A model generated the notes under the pieces. That model saw only the letters and a program-made list of their open reading frames with translations. It ran no database searches and was not told where the DNA came from. Positions 1 to 10,693 of a stretch of 64,000 nt of DNA are shown here, piece after piece. The first letter of the stretch is position 1; every line of letters starts with the position of its first letter. This DNA is from Eledone cirrhosa (Eukaryota), in assembly GCA_964016885.1 (NCBI GenBank), contig OZ024742.1, positions 287,990,001 to 288,054,000 on the forward strand. The letters run 5' to 3'. The position numbers and the translations under genes are program-made.

Positions 1-56
1 CTGTCTGCATTACGACATTATGACGTAGCTGTGTGTGTGTGTGTGTGTGTATAGTG

Positions 57-180
57 TGTAACGTTTTTCGAAATATTAATTCTGTGTTCACAGATTGATT
101 TTTTTATTTTAGTTTCAGAAGATCCCGTTAAGAGTGATAGCAGCGATTCTTTGCTTAAACTTTAATCTGTTATTTCAATA
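57..180 (+). repeat. Inverted copy of the Penelope-like element terminal repeat
   Basis: Reverse complement of 1690-1810 and 4850-4950 (cacagattgatt...gatcccgttaa...gcagcgattctttgcttaaactttaatctgtt). Confidence 0.8.
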
Positions 181-266
181 TATATATATTTATATATTAG
201 AAAGTGAGGTTTTTTTACAAAATGAAAAATAACCGAGGTGTCCTACACGTGTGAAAGTATAAAGAA

Positions 267-510
267 AAAAAGATGAAATCGAAAATGCAACTGGAGTCTT
301 ATTTTTTAAAAAATATATGTATATTTATTTGGTTCCTTTACCGGTTTCGCAGTTCTTCTGCTTTTCAAAAGTAGAGTTGAGATGGAGGGTCTGTGGTTTT
401 TCTCACTTTTGAAAAGCAGAAGAACTGCGAAACCGGTAAAGGAACCAAATAAATATACATATATTTTTTTTTAAATAAGACTCCAGTTGCATTTTCGATT
501 TCATCTCTTT

Positions 511-512
<2 letters not shown>
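267..512. repeat. Fold-back inverted repeat (~105-bp arms, ~33-nt spacer), probably a PLE terminal-repeat remnant
   Basis: 267-372 is the reverse complement of ~405-512. The arm carries GCAG-AAGAA-CTGC-GAAA-CCGG-TA followed by AATAAA, resembling a degenerate hammerhead. Confidence 0.8.
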
Positions 513-551
<39 letters not shown>

Positions 552-740
552 TATATTCGTGTACAGATATTTTTGCATACGCAATAACAAAATATAAACA
601 AAAGTATTTATTCGCGATAAAGTATTGATTTTCTTCGCACGGAAAAAACCCTGGTAATCTATGACGAATTTTTTTTATAAGCACAAAATGTAGACACCAT
701 CCCGAGGCCGGAGTATTCCGTACTTCTCTGTACATATATA

Positions 741-1329
741 TCTATTTCTTCTCACTTTCCGTTGCTTAAACCTTTTTGTTTGTTACCCTGGCGTCCCCTT
801 TGTTTACGTGTCCCAACGACTTTTTTTAGCCGTTGTTCGCACCAACCTGAGGCATATGGCCCTTAAAGCGATGAAATGCCTGGGACGGTTGGAGGGTCAC
901 TGATGAAGGACTTACTTTTTCATATGCACCACCATTTGCAACGCGCAGCCATCATTATTATCATATTTACACATAATTTTTCTTCTGCTGCCACTCGTCT
1001 GTTTCGCTCTTTGTACCTTTTAACCTTTCTCGTTCTTTGTACCTTTTACCCTTTCTAGCAGTCTCTCTCTCTGTTAGCCTCCTCCTCAACTTTCACTCAC
1101 TCATTCTCTGTCACTACCTCTCCTCCTCCTCTTTCCTCCTCCTCCTTCAAGTTTGACCTGTGTGTAATTCTTTTCTCGCGCGGTCTTGACCAAGCTGGTA
1201 TGGAATTTTTTTCTCTCTCTCTCTTTCGTCTGCGACTTCACAAAACTTATGTTTACCGAATTCGTTGACCAGACCCCTTTATCTTCTTCTTCTTCTTCTT
1301 CTTCTTCTTCTTCTTCTTCTTCTTCTTCT

Positions 1330-1364
<35 letters not shown>

Positions 1365-1669
1365 TCTTCCCCCCCCCCGTTAGACCTGTGCGAAATTCTT
1401 TCCTTGCTCACATTTCAACCAGGTTTGATGGTCTTTTGTCTCTTGTTCACGATTTCACCGAGTTTATATTCATAGAGATCTGGGACTTGTCTATTTCTTC
1501 TCACTTTCCGTTGCTTAAACCTTTTTGTTTGTTACCCTGGCGTCCCCTTTGTTTACGTGTCCCAACGACTTTTTTTAGCCGTTGTTCGCACCAACCTGAG
1601 GCATATGGCCCTTAAAGCGATGAAATGCCTGGGACGGTTGGAGGGTCACTGATGAAGGACTTACTTTTT
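741..1669 (+). repeat. Non-coding unit with ~180-bp direct repeats (741-920, 1490-1669) around a pyrimidine/(TTC)n-rich core
   Basis: The two repeats look identical by eye and end just after CTGATGAAGGAC. A diverged relative lies at ~37560-37690. Confidence 0.75.
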
Positions 1670-1689
1670 ATATATATATATATATATAT

Positions 1690-4600
1690 ATATTAAAATA
1701 ACAGATTAAAGTTTAAGCAAAGAATCGCTGCTTTCACCCTTAACGGGATCTTCTGAAACTAAAAAAATCAATCTGTGAACGCAGAAGTAAATATTTCGAA
1801 AAACGTTGCAACAGAAGAAAGAGAGGAAGACGATACTTTGGTTCGTGGAAACGTTCCCTGGCAAAGAACGAAAAAAAACGAAGATATTACGTCGTTATTT
1901 GGAGCGGTGAAAACAATTACACGCAAAGACAAAACCACGTTTATGGTATAACTGAAGTCGTAGACTAAAATACTATTTAGGGAACCGAATGATTCTCGGC
2001 TTCAGAGTTAAGAATAATGTAAATAAATTACAGAGGTTATTGAAATCAACAATAACTAGATATATACATGCACGCATCCATATACGTAGATACACATGCA
2101 TACGCGAAAACACCTGCGTGCAAATACAGGCACGTACACAAAAACACGCGCGCACATACAACAACCCACGCAACGCCTGTACCCGCACACATACGAACGT
2201 ATACACCCAATACACATAAAACATATATAAAAAAGATATATATACACATGTGTGTGTGTGTGTGTGCGCGCGCGTATACATATAATTATATAAACGTATA
2301 TAAATATACACACATAAATACGTATATAACGCGCGCACACACAGACCTGCATGTAAATACACATATGTTCGCAAACGTACGTCAACCAAACTCAAAGTAC
2401 CCATATACACACACCCTATATACGTGCAAACCCGCATACACACACAAACGCAAAACGAACGTATTCACATAACCGTATACACATGTACCAGTATATATAA
2501 TATAATATATACGCCTATAACAAATACAAGCAAATATACGTACGAGGAAGTATACGTACCTACACAAAACATACAGGTAATATATGCTTACCTATACAAA
2601 TAAGTAATGGTATAAACATAAAATATACTTAGCTACCACATCAAGACGTAAATTATCCGCGTATTGTTCGTTAGGGTATAAAATACAGGAAAGTTTTGTG
2701 CAATTTATGTTTACAAGCCGAAATTACCTCAGATTTTTTGTTTAAGACGTGGTCATTGGCGTAGAGTATTTCCAGGGCTTCAGCGGCGCAGGGGTCACAT
2801 GATCTTTTATTTCCGTTATACGATCTAGCTTTAGCTAGGATCTCCCAGTGTAACTTATATAAGCTGAAAGTGACGTGATATTCCTTCTTAAAGGGTTAAG
2901 AAAAGAATGGGTATGCATGTAAAGACGCTGCTTGAATCTATTGGCGGTTAACCCTATGTAGGCCCTACAGGACGTGGGTGTCTCAACCTTACATTTGTAG
3001 ACAATGTTACTAGAGAGGCATTTCCCGGATAAGGGGCAGTCAACCCGATTCCTACAATTACAGTTAGTACTAGCTACAGGGTTGCACGTGTTCCTGCGAT
3101 TAGGTAATTTAGCTAAATTTGAAGCAGTGATGTTATGTGCAAGGTTAGGAGTCGTAGAGTAAGACATTTTAATGGTATTTCTATTAAAGATTTTATTATA
3201 TTTATGTGCTTGGGGGAAATGCTTCATAATAAGGGAGAGAAAGATCTTAGCTAATGGTGAGGCCACCTCCATATTATATGGTGGGTTATACCATATAATG
3301 CGTCTGGATCTATTTTTCCTAGGTCTATCCTCATACTTATCGACAAATCCACTCCGGCCATTGTAATATGTGGAATTGTCGGTGAAAATAAGCTCGTTTG
3401 TAGATAGACGGGAAAGCCTCAAAGAAACGTTTCTTACCAGGTTCTTGGTTATGCTGGCAGGGTGGTTAGAATGCTTGCTTATGTAATTAAGCGTATCATT
3501 CGGCTTTCAATACGGGTAGTGCAAGCCATTCGACAAATTGAGGGTAACGTCGAGGTAATTAACGACCGAGATGTTGGCCTCAACCTGTATGGAGAGGTTG
3601 AAGCCTTTAAAGAAGGCTGTGAGTTCTTTTCTGAACCTGTCGCAAGCACGAGGGCCGCACTTTGTCATGGTCAAAAGACCGTCATCACGGTACAAACCAC
3701 CGCCCACGTTGGGGAATTCTTCCTTGATAGAGAAAAGAAGGAAAAGGCCGATAAGATCAGTAACCTCCGCAGAATCGCTGGCGCCCATATTCACATCGAA
3801 TGGGGTACTATTAGATTTGTTAATCCAAACAAACAGAGTCGTCGAAATTAATCACTGACTTACAGGCATTGAGGATGACATCAACTTCGAAATCCTTAAC
3901 CACCGTGAGCGTTTTAGCGAAATTGATAGCTCTAAGAAGAAGTGGTAAAGAGATAGAGGAGTAGTAATTATTGATGTCGAATTGGATAAAACGGCAATGT
4001 TCCTTGTTACATATGCCGTTGAACAAATCGATCACCGCGAAAGAATTGTTCCACAGTGCAAGAGGGGCCAAGCTTCTAATTTCAGGTATAATTTTATCTA
4101 AAATCCTTTTACTAAGTTTATCTAAATCGGACTTCGTAGGGTTAATAAGCCGAATAGAGGGGTTGTTCGGGAAATTGGATTTGTGATCCTTCAGGGTAAA
4201 GTGGAGAGAAATAGGGTCCAGAGGTTCAGTCCGGTCCATGATGTAGAGATCAGAGGTGATTTTAAACCCATTAATGACATTCCGATTAGTTTTACGGTAA
4301 TCCTTAGTTACAGCATTATGTAGCAGTTGATGGTAGGTACTACTCTCCACTTGATATAGATTGCCAGTTTTGTCGGAGTGGACGTACACGGCATTAGAAT
4401 CCTTAATAGAACGAATTCTATTCTTCAGGTCCTGCTGGAAAGAATTGTTCCTATTCCGAAATTTGATACTCCGTATGAGTTCCAAGACATTATTTTCGAA
4501 GGGTAGCAATGCTGGGTTACTCGGAGGGTTATTATAGGTTTTAAACCCAAATTTATCTTGTTTGTTGTCCGCTTTTCCCTGATTATCGAAATAAAAGGCA

Positions 4601-4952
4601 CGCCAACGCAACCTTTTAATGAACGAGTCTGTTTTCTGTAACAGGAGTTTTAGGTATTGCTTCCTGCTTGGTACGGGTATGTTCTTTGTAGAAATATTCA
4701 GATGTTGTTTCTGCATGATGAATATAAGTCAATAGGGTGCTCAACCGAGGGAGGCAAATAGTAATAATAATAAATTTGAAGACTAAAATCCAAAGAGGGC
4801 TCGATAAGGATAAATATATATCAAATATATAAGAACCGTAGAGCAAATATTTATTAAAATAACAGATTAAAGTTTAAGCAAAGAATCGCTGCTTTCGCCA
4901 TTAACGGGATCTTCTGAAACTAAAAAAATCAATCTGTGAACGCAGAAGTAAA
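1690..4952 (-). mobile_element. Penelope-like retroelement (Naiad type) with direct terminal repeats and a long AC/GT-rich 3' region
   Basis: Repeats at 1690-1790 and 4850-4950 flank RT and GIY-YIG ORF pieces. Confidence 0.85.
2680..4716 (-). pseudogene. PLE reverse transcriptase/GIY-YIG endonuclease, disrupted
   Basis: Motifs STKNIPVPS, FIKRLRWRA, FIQFDINNYYSSI, MGASDSAEV, LYRDDGL, SNHP, IIWYNPPY, CNCR..CPLSGKC, NIVYKC..YIGLT, LNKKSEVISACKH. Broken by a GTTT-duplication frameshift near 3830, an in-frame TGA at 3507-3509 and a frameshift near 2835. Confidence 0.9.
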
Positions 4953-4982
4953 AATTTGGATTTTAGTCTTCAAATTTATTAT

Positions 4983-5075
4983 AACTTTGCCTTTCATCCT
5001 TACGGGGTCGATAAAATAAAGTACCAGTAATGTACTGGGTAATTGCTGGCCTTGTGCCAAAAAGTAGAAAGAATT
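4983..5075 (+). mobile_element. SINE 3' fragment (family with a full copy at 53745-53927)
   Basis: aactttgcctttcatccttacggggtcgataaaataaagtaccag...gtagaaagaattatt. Other copies at ~21310-21495(-), 25943-26080, 38985-39150, 51985-52040, 60450-60570 and 62013-62122. Confidence 0.8.
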
Positions 5076-5096
5076 ATTATTATTGTTATTGTTATT

Positions 5097-8000
5097 CCTT
5101 GAATCTCAGTCATTGATGTTGGTTAACTGGAAAGTCCGTTGGATTGAATATCAAGCCACTACCTGCAGCCTCAGATATTCAGGACGTATCGGAGGGTTCT
5201 TGCTGTTCCAAGCAAGCATGCCTTTTGAAGCGTTCCAAAAAGCGTGAAGGGGCCGATTTTCTTTAACCATCCCTGGAAACTTTTGGAGATAGTCCCCAGT
5301 GCGCCTATGACAATCGGGATCACTTTGACTTCATGGCAGTTCCAAATCCTTTTCACCTCCCACTTTAGGTCCTGGTATCGGTTAATTTTCTCCCTCTCCT
5401 TCTCTTGCACTCTCGTGTCGAACGGGCAGGCCACATCCACAATCAGGCACGATCTTTTTTCTTTGTCCACAACCACCAGGTCAGGTCTATTGTGTTCCAG
5501 TTTTTTGTCCGTCTGTATCCTAAAATCCCACAGCACCTTCACCTGATTGTTCTCCATCACCGCCTCTGGCCTATGCTCATACCATTTCTCAGAATGTGGT
5601 AGATTGTTTACTTTGCACAGGTGCCAGTGGATCACCCTGCCCATCACATCGTGTCTCCAGCCCTTATAGTGGGTCTGGGCTAGGTGTTTACACTCGGACA
5701 CAATGTGAGCCACAGTCTCCTCTCTCTCTCCACAGATCCTGCACAGTGGGCTGGCCTCCTCCTTGTAGATATGGTGCTTCAACCACTTCGTTTTGAGGGC
5801 CTGCTCCTGCGCAGCCATTAGCATTCCTTCTGTAGCCTTTTTGAGGTCTCCTCTTCTCAACCAGTTCCATGTCTGTGGATCTCTAAATTCAGTTTTCTCA
5901 AAGAAGGTACTATGAAGGGGTTTTCCCTTAAGGCTGCTCTTCCTCCTTGATGTTATTTCCTCCCTGGACATCCCCTGGCCTACTGTCCCCTCCTTCAGTA
6001 CAGCTCTGAGCATTGGCTCCTTACTATAGGTCACGTATTTGTATAGGTTGTTTTTCTCCATCTGAACACAGTCCTCTATGCTGATAAGACCTCTTCCACC
6101 CTCAGATCTCCTTGGGTAGAGTCTATCGACATCACTCCTCTTGTGGAACATGTTGTAGATAGTCAATAGCTTCCTAGTCTTCCTATCCATTTCTTTCTGT
6201 TCGGCAACATTCCATCTCAGAATTCCCGCACTGTACCTAATAATAGACACAGCTCGGGAATTTACTGCGCTTATGGCATTTCTGCTGTTCAGATGTGACT
6301 TCAATACGCTCCTTACTCTCCGAATGTATTCAGTTCTTAACAATTCCTTCATTTTTTTGTTCTTTATGCCATCAGCCTCCAGAACGCCCAAATACTTGTA
6401 TCCTTCCTCAGAGTCAATTTCCTTTATCATCTCACCTGTTGGTATCTGGATCCCGTTACTTCTGCTCAACCTACCCCTCTTCATCACAATGACTCCACAT
6501 TTACCAATACCAAACTGCATACATATATCACTGCTGAAAATACGGACAGTGTCAACAAGCACATCCAACTCCTTCTCACTTTTCCCGAAGAGCTTAAGAT
6601 CGTCCATGAAGAGGAGGTGATTGATGGTAAGCTCTCCCCTTCCCAACTTGTATCCTGCTCTCACTTTTCGCAGCATAATGGTCAAGGGCATCAGGGCAAG
6701 GACAAACAACAGAGGGGACAGGCTATCTCCCTGGAAGATACCTCTCTTGATCTTCACGCTTCCCAAGGATACTCCAGTTGATGTCAACTCTGTCTCCCAG
6801 GACCCCATACTCCTGCCTAGCAACTGTCTGATGTTATCCGCCACCCTGAAGATCTCCAGGCTTTTGGTGATCCAGGAATGAGGCACCATGTCAAATGCCT
6901 TTCTGTAGTCTATCCATCCCATGGCAAGATCAGTGTGTCTCCTCCTGCAATTCCCCATTACCATCTTATCAATAAGCAACTGGTCCTTTGTACCACGTGA
7001 CTTCTTTCGGAATCCTTTCTGTTCGTCCGGTAACAAGTTGTTTGTGTGGAGGTGATGGTAGATTTCCTCAGACACAATGCTCGTCAACAGTTTCCACATT
7101 ACGGGCAGACATGTGATAGGTCTATAGTTGGTAGCATCATTACCCTTGATTCGGTCTTTCATTATCAGAACTGTGGTACCTTTTGTCAACCACTCTGGCA
7201 CCTCACCCGACACCAAGCAGTCATTGAACATGGCCGTCAGCTTCGGGTGGAGGGATGTTAGATGTTTAATCCAATACCCCTGCACACCATCTGGGCCTGG
7301 CGATTTCCAGTTGGTTAGTTTTTTGGCTTGTCCCTTAAGAGTTTCAACTGTGATACTCAAATCAGTCTGTTGCTGTGCCTGCTCACCGATCTCCTTCTGT
7401 ACTGTCTCAATCCACCCTGCCTGGGCATTGTGTCTAACATCCTGCTCCCATATTCCTCTCCAGAATGTTTTAGTTTGCTCCGCCCCAGGGATCAAGTCGT
7501 TGCCTCTTTCTTTGCCCTCAAGCTGTCCAAACAGCATCTTCTGGTTGTTGTCGAACATGCGGTTCTGTTTATACTGACTGACTCTGTTCTCGTATCGCCT
7601 GATTTTTGCACTCTTTGCTACAATGCGTTGCTTCAATTCCTCTATGATAATATTCAGCTTTTTACTCCTAGTTTTGTATTTTATTTCCAGTCTATTTTTA
7701 GTGCCTATGTTTTTTAGTGTCCCATTCAGTAGTGACTCAAGCTTTCCTATGTCATTTCTCATTTCCCCGATTTGCCCACTCAGTCGCTTCTTCCACCACG
7801 GCTCTGCTCTTTCTTGTCTGTTGTTTCCTCTCGCTTTTATACCAAGTAGTTTCCTCACCGTATTTGCTGTTGCTCTGAGGATATTGTTGCACTGGTGAAG
7901 GCTCCTCGCCTCAAGGTATGGGATGACTTTGTTTACCTTAGCTGTTGTTTCTTTTAACTTTTTCCTGTCTACAAATCTTAGGTTCATAGGTCTCCCACTA

Positions 8001-8680
8001 TCATTGTTCAATTCATCTACCACTAAATTTAGGATGTCAACCGAATCTTGTCCTAGCCCGTCAGCATTCATCTCCTCAGTGGCCGTATCTCTGTTCCAGG
8101 TATTATTTATCTCAGTACTCAGATCATTGTCTGCTTCGGGTGGTTCCTCCGTTCTCAGGACCTCCTCACCTTCATTTCCCACCGGCTCGCTTGTCTGGCA
8201 TACTACACCCGCCATCTCCAAGCCATTCTTTCTGCTCAGTTCCTCCAGTTCCAGCTCGCTTATCCACCCATTAGTTCTTATTACCCGAGCCTGCCCGGCC
8301 AATTTTTGTTCATCTAATTTAAATAAACCAATCTCGTTCCAGATGTTATGCATCCGTCTCCTGTAGCCCCTCTCCTTGGGGTTACTTTTCAGGTAGCATT
8401 GCATAACAGTTCTATTCAATTCTTTCGTCCAGTTGGTTCTGGCCCCTTTCCTTCTTCTCCTTCCTCCAACATCAGCAGTATTTGGTTGACAGTCAGGTTC
8501 CTGCTGCTGAGCCAGGGGGCACCTGTTGGGTGAGAGTCTGTCACATGACGTTCTAGTCTCCATTTCACCGTTATTCGAACTGTTTATGTTCGATATTTAA
8601 ACACTCTTATCGAGGATTGGCGAATGTATGTTTACATAGCCATCTGTGGGTCCGCCATCCCACTTGGCCCTTGTGTGGCA
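5097..8680 (-). mobile_element. R4/Dong-clade non-LTR retrotransposon, apparently full length
   Basis: Single long ORF, ~75-nt 3' UTR ending in (TAA/CAA)n at 5073-5096. The 5' boundary is approximate. Confidence 0.85.
5171..8563 (-). CDS. R4/Dong polyprotein, 1130 aa: N-terminal domain, RT, CCHC finger and restriction-like endonuclease
   Basis: KSPGPDG, YRPITCL, IDYRKAFD, GIFQGDSLSP, LFMDD, YKYLG, CRIC..ETVAHIVSEC, RHD, RPDLVVVD..IVDV..K..Y. No stops or frameshifts. Confidence 0.95.
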   Translation of the reverse strand: METRTSCDRLSPNRCPLAQQQEPDCQPNTADVGGRRRRKGARTNWTKELNRTVMQCYLKSNPKERGYRRRMHNIWNEIGLFKLDEQKLAGQARVIRTNGWISELELEELSRKNGLEMAGVVCQTSEPVGNEGEEVLRTEEPPEADNDLSTEINNTWNRDTATEEMNADGLGQDSVDILNLVVDELNNDSGRPMNLRFVDRKKLKETTAKVNKVIPYLEARSLHQCNNILRATANTVRKLLGIKARGNNRQERAEPWWKKRLSGQIGEMRNDIGKLESLLNGTLKNIGTKNRLEIKYKTRSKKLNIIIEELKQRIVAKSAKIRRYENRVSQYKQNRMFDNNQKMLFGQLEGKERGNDLIPGAEQTKTFWRGIWEQDVRHNAQAGWIETVQKEIGEQAQQQTDLSITVETLKGQAKKLTNWKSPGPDGVQGYWIKHLTSLHPKLTAMFNDCLVSGEVPEWLTKGTTVLIMKDRIKGNDATNYRPITCLPVMWKLLTSIVSEEIYHHLHTNNLLPDEQKGFRKKSRGTKDQLLIDKMVMGNCRRRHTDLAMGWIDYRKAFDMVPHSWITKSLEIFRVADNIRQLLGRSMGSWETELTSTGVSLGSVKIKRGIFQGDSLSPLLFVLALMPLTIMLRKVRAGYKLGRGELTINHLLFMDDLKLFGKSEKELDVLVDTVRIFSSDICMQFGIGKCGVIVMKRGRLSRSNGIQIPTGEMIKEIDSEEGYKYLGVLEADGIKNKKMKELLRTEYIRRVRSVLKSHLNSRNAISAVNSRAVSIIRYSAGILRWNVAEQKEMDRKTRKLLTIYNMFHKRSDVDRLYPRRSEGGRGLISIEDCVQMEKNNLYKYVTYSKEPMLRAVLKEGTVGQGMSREEITSRRKSSLKGKPLHSTFFEKTEFRDPQTWNWLRRGDLKKATEGMLMAAQEQALKTKWLKHHIYKEEASPLCRICGEREETVAHIVSECKHLAQTHYKGWRHDVMGRVIHWHLCKVNNLPHSEKWYEHRPEAVMENNQVKVLWDFRIQTDKKLEHNRPDLVVVDKEKRSCLIVDVACPFDTRVQEKEREKINRYQDLKWEVKRIWNCHEVKVIPIVIGALGTISKSFQGWLKKIGPFTLFGTLQKACLLGTARTLRYVLNI

Positions 8681-8865
8681 TTATCACCACGCTGTATACG
8701 AACACACATAAACAAACAAACACACAGGCAGAAAGGGCCCCAGAAATGAATAAGCATAAGTTTCATTGTAATGTAGTGTTCGAATGTCTGACTTAGTTTT
8801 AGTTTTTTAAGTTTTACTTTTTCCCCCCTCTTCTCTGTCCGTCCGCCTGCTTCTCTCTTCATTCT

Positions 8866-10167
8866 TATTTTCTTTACGTTTTGGGGGTTTCTTTTTTTTT
8901 GTTTTTGTTTTTCTCTGTTTGTTTTTCTCGTTTTTTGCTGTTGTTGCTGTGCTGCTTTGGTTTTGTTGTTTGTTTTTTCTTTTTTCTTTTGGGTCTATCT
9001 ATATATTTTGATGCCTTCCTCTTTGTTAGTAGTAGGAATTCTATAATGTGGAAGTAGCAGCCAGCAGGGAAGTGGGAGACTGGCGGCGTTAGCGATACTG
9101 AGACAGTGGTGGTGGTGATGTCGATACCGAGGCAGTGGTGGCGGTGATGTGACCGTATTACTGTAGTGATGGTGCTGTAGCGGAGTCAAGGGGTAGTGGC
9201 GGCGGTGCTGGGATAGTGGTGGTAATGATGGCCGTAGTGAGCGGTGGCGGTGAAGGTGAAAATGTGTCGTTATCTGGCTGTTGTGTTTAGTGTACACAGA
9301 TGATGGGGTGGGTGGTGTATCTAGTTTCTGGTGTTGGTGAGTTTAGCTGTCCTATATAGTGTAGCCAGAGGAGAGGAGGGGAGGGGTTCTTCTTCCATTT
9401 ATAGCCATTTTTTTTTTTTTGGATATACAGTGTACAATACAAAGTTGAATATTTGAATATTTGAGCCTTATAACAATATATTTTCTTTACGTTTTGAGCC
9501 TTATAACAATATATTTTCTTTACGTTTTGAGCCTTATAACAATATATTTTCTTTACGTTTTTGGGGTTTCTTTTTTTTGTTTTTGTTTTTCTCTGTTTGT
9601 TTTTCTCGTTTTTTGCTGTTGTTGCTGTGCTGCTTTGGTTTTGTTGTTTGTTTTTTCTTTTTTCTTTTGGGTCTATCTATATATTTTGATGCCTTCCTCT
9701 TTGTTAGTAGTAGGAATTCTATAATGTGGGAGTAGCAGCCAGCAGGGAAGTGGGAGACTGGCGGCGTTAGCGATACTGAGACAGTGGTGGTGGTGATGTC
9801 GATACCGAGGCAGTGGTGGCGGTGATGTGACCGTATTACTGTAGTGATGGTGCTGTAGCGGAGTCAAGGGGCGGTGGCGGCGGTGATGGGATAGTGGTGG
9901 TAATGATGGCCGTAGTGAGCGGTGGCGGTGAAGGTGAAAATGTGTCGTTATCTGGCTGTTGTGTTTAGTGTACACATATGATGGGGTGGGTGGTGTATCT
10001 AGTTTCTGGTGTTGGTGAGTTTAGCTGTCCTATATAGTGTAGCCAGAGGAGAGGAGGGGAGGGGTTCTTCTTCCATTTATAGCCTTTTTTTTTTTTTTTT
10101 TTTGGATATACAGTGTACAATACAAAGTTGAATATTTGAATATTTGAGCCTTATAACAATATATTTT
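8866..10167. repeat. Tandem duplication with ~678-bp period
   Basis: ORF-track entries 8995-9297 and 9673-9975 are near identical. The junction at 9461-9560 is a triplicated ~33-mer. Confidence 0.9.
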
Positions 10168-10313
10168 GGGTCCGAATTTTTTGGGGCTCAAGCCGGGTGC
10201 TTTACGTAGCATTTGTGCTAAGAGTTGTTATTTCACAAATGGTTTAAATATGTTAAAAATTCAAAACTTACGGGAGCGATTTCATGACCTCCGTCACCTC
10301 GTGCGTCTTCTTC

Positions 10314-10347
<34 letters not shown>

Positions 10348-10363
10348 GTTGTTGTTGTTATTA

Positions 10364-10491
10364 CTCTTTGAGACTCAGTCATTGATGTTAGTTAACTGGA
10401 AAGTTTGTTGAAATGAATATCAAGCCACTACCTGCAGCCTCAGATATTCAGTACGTATCGGAGGGTTCTTGCTGTTCCCAGCAAGCATGCC

Positions 10492-10495
<4 letters not shown>
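10364..10495 (-). mobile_element. 5'-truncated Dong copy (3'-terminal ~130 bp) inside a (TTA)n tract
   Basis: Matches 5097-5226. (TTA)n lies on both sides (10315-10363 and 10496-10545). Confidence 0.9.
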
Positions 10496-10546
<51 letters not shown>

Positions 10547-10693
10547 ATTATATTCGTGTACAGATATTTTTACATACACAATAAAAAATATAAACAAACG
10601 TATTTATTTCACGGGGCTCGATAAGGATAAATATATATCAAATATATAAGAACCCTAGAGCAAATCCCGAGCAACGCCGGGCCATTCTGCTAA

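Noticed and set aside
3507-3509. In-frame TGA in the Naiad-type PLE ORF as possible selenocysteine
   Set aside because: It lies in YPY*KPN, where Arg is expected (CGA>TGA CpG decay), not at a Cys position. The ORF also has frameshifts
8564-8690. HDV-like ribozyme in the Dong 5' UTR
   Set aside because: Hairpins (GCCA/TGGC, GTGGG/CCCAC) and a TCCTCG word exist, but I could not build the P1/P2/P3/P1.1 double pseudoknot by eye. An RNArobo/Infernal search is needed
9461-9560. CRISPR-like short repeats
   Set aside because: Contiguous tandem copies without spacers, in a eukaryotic context
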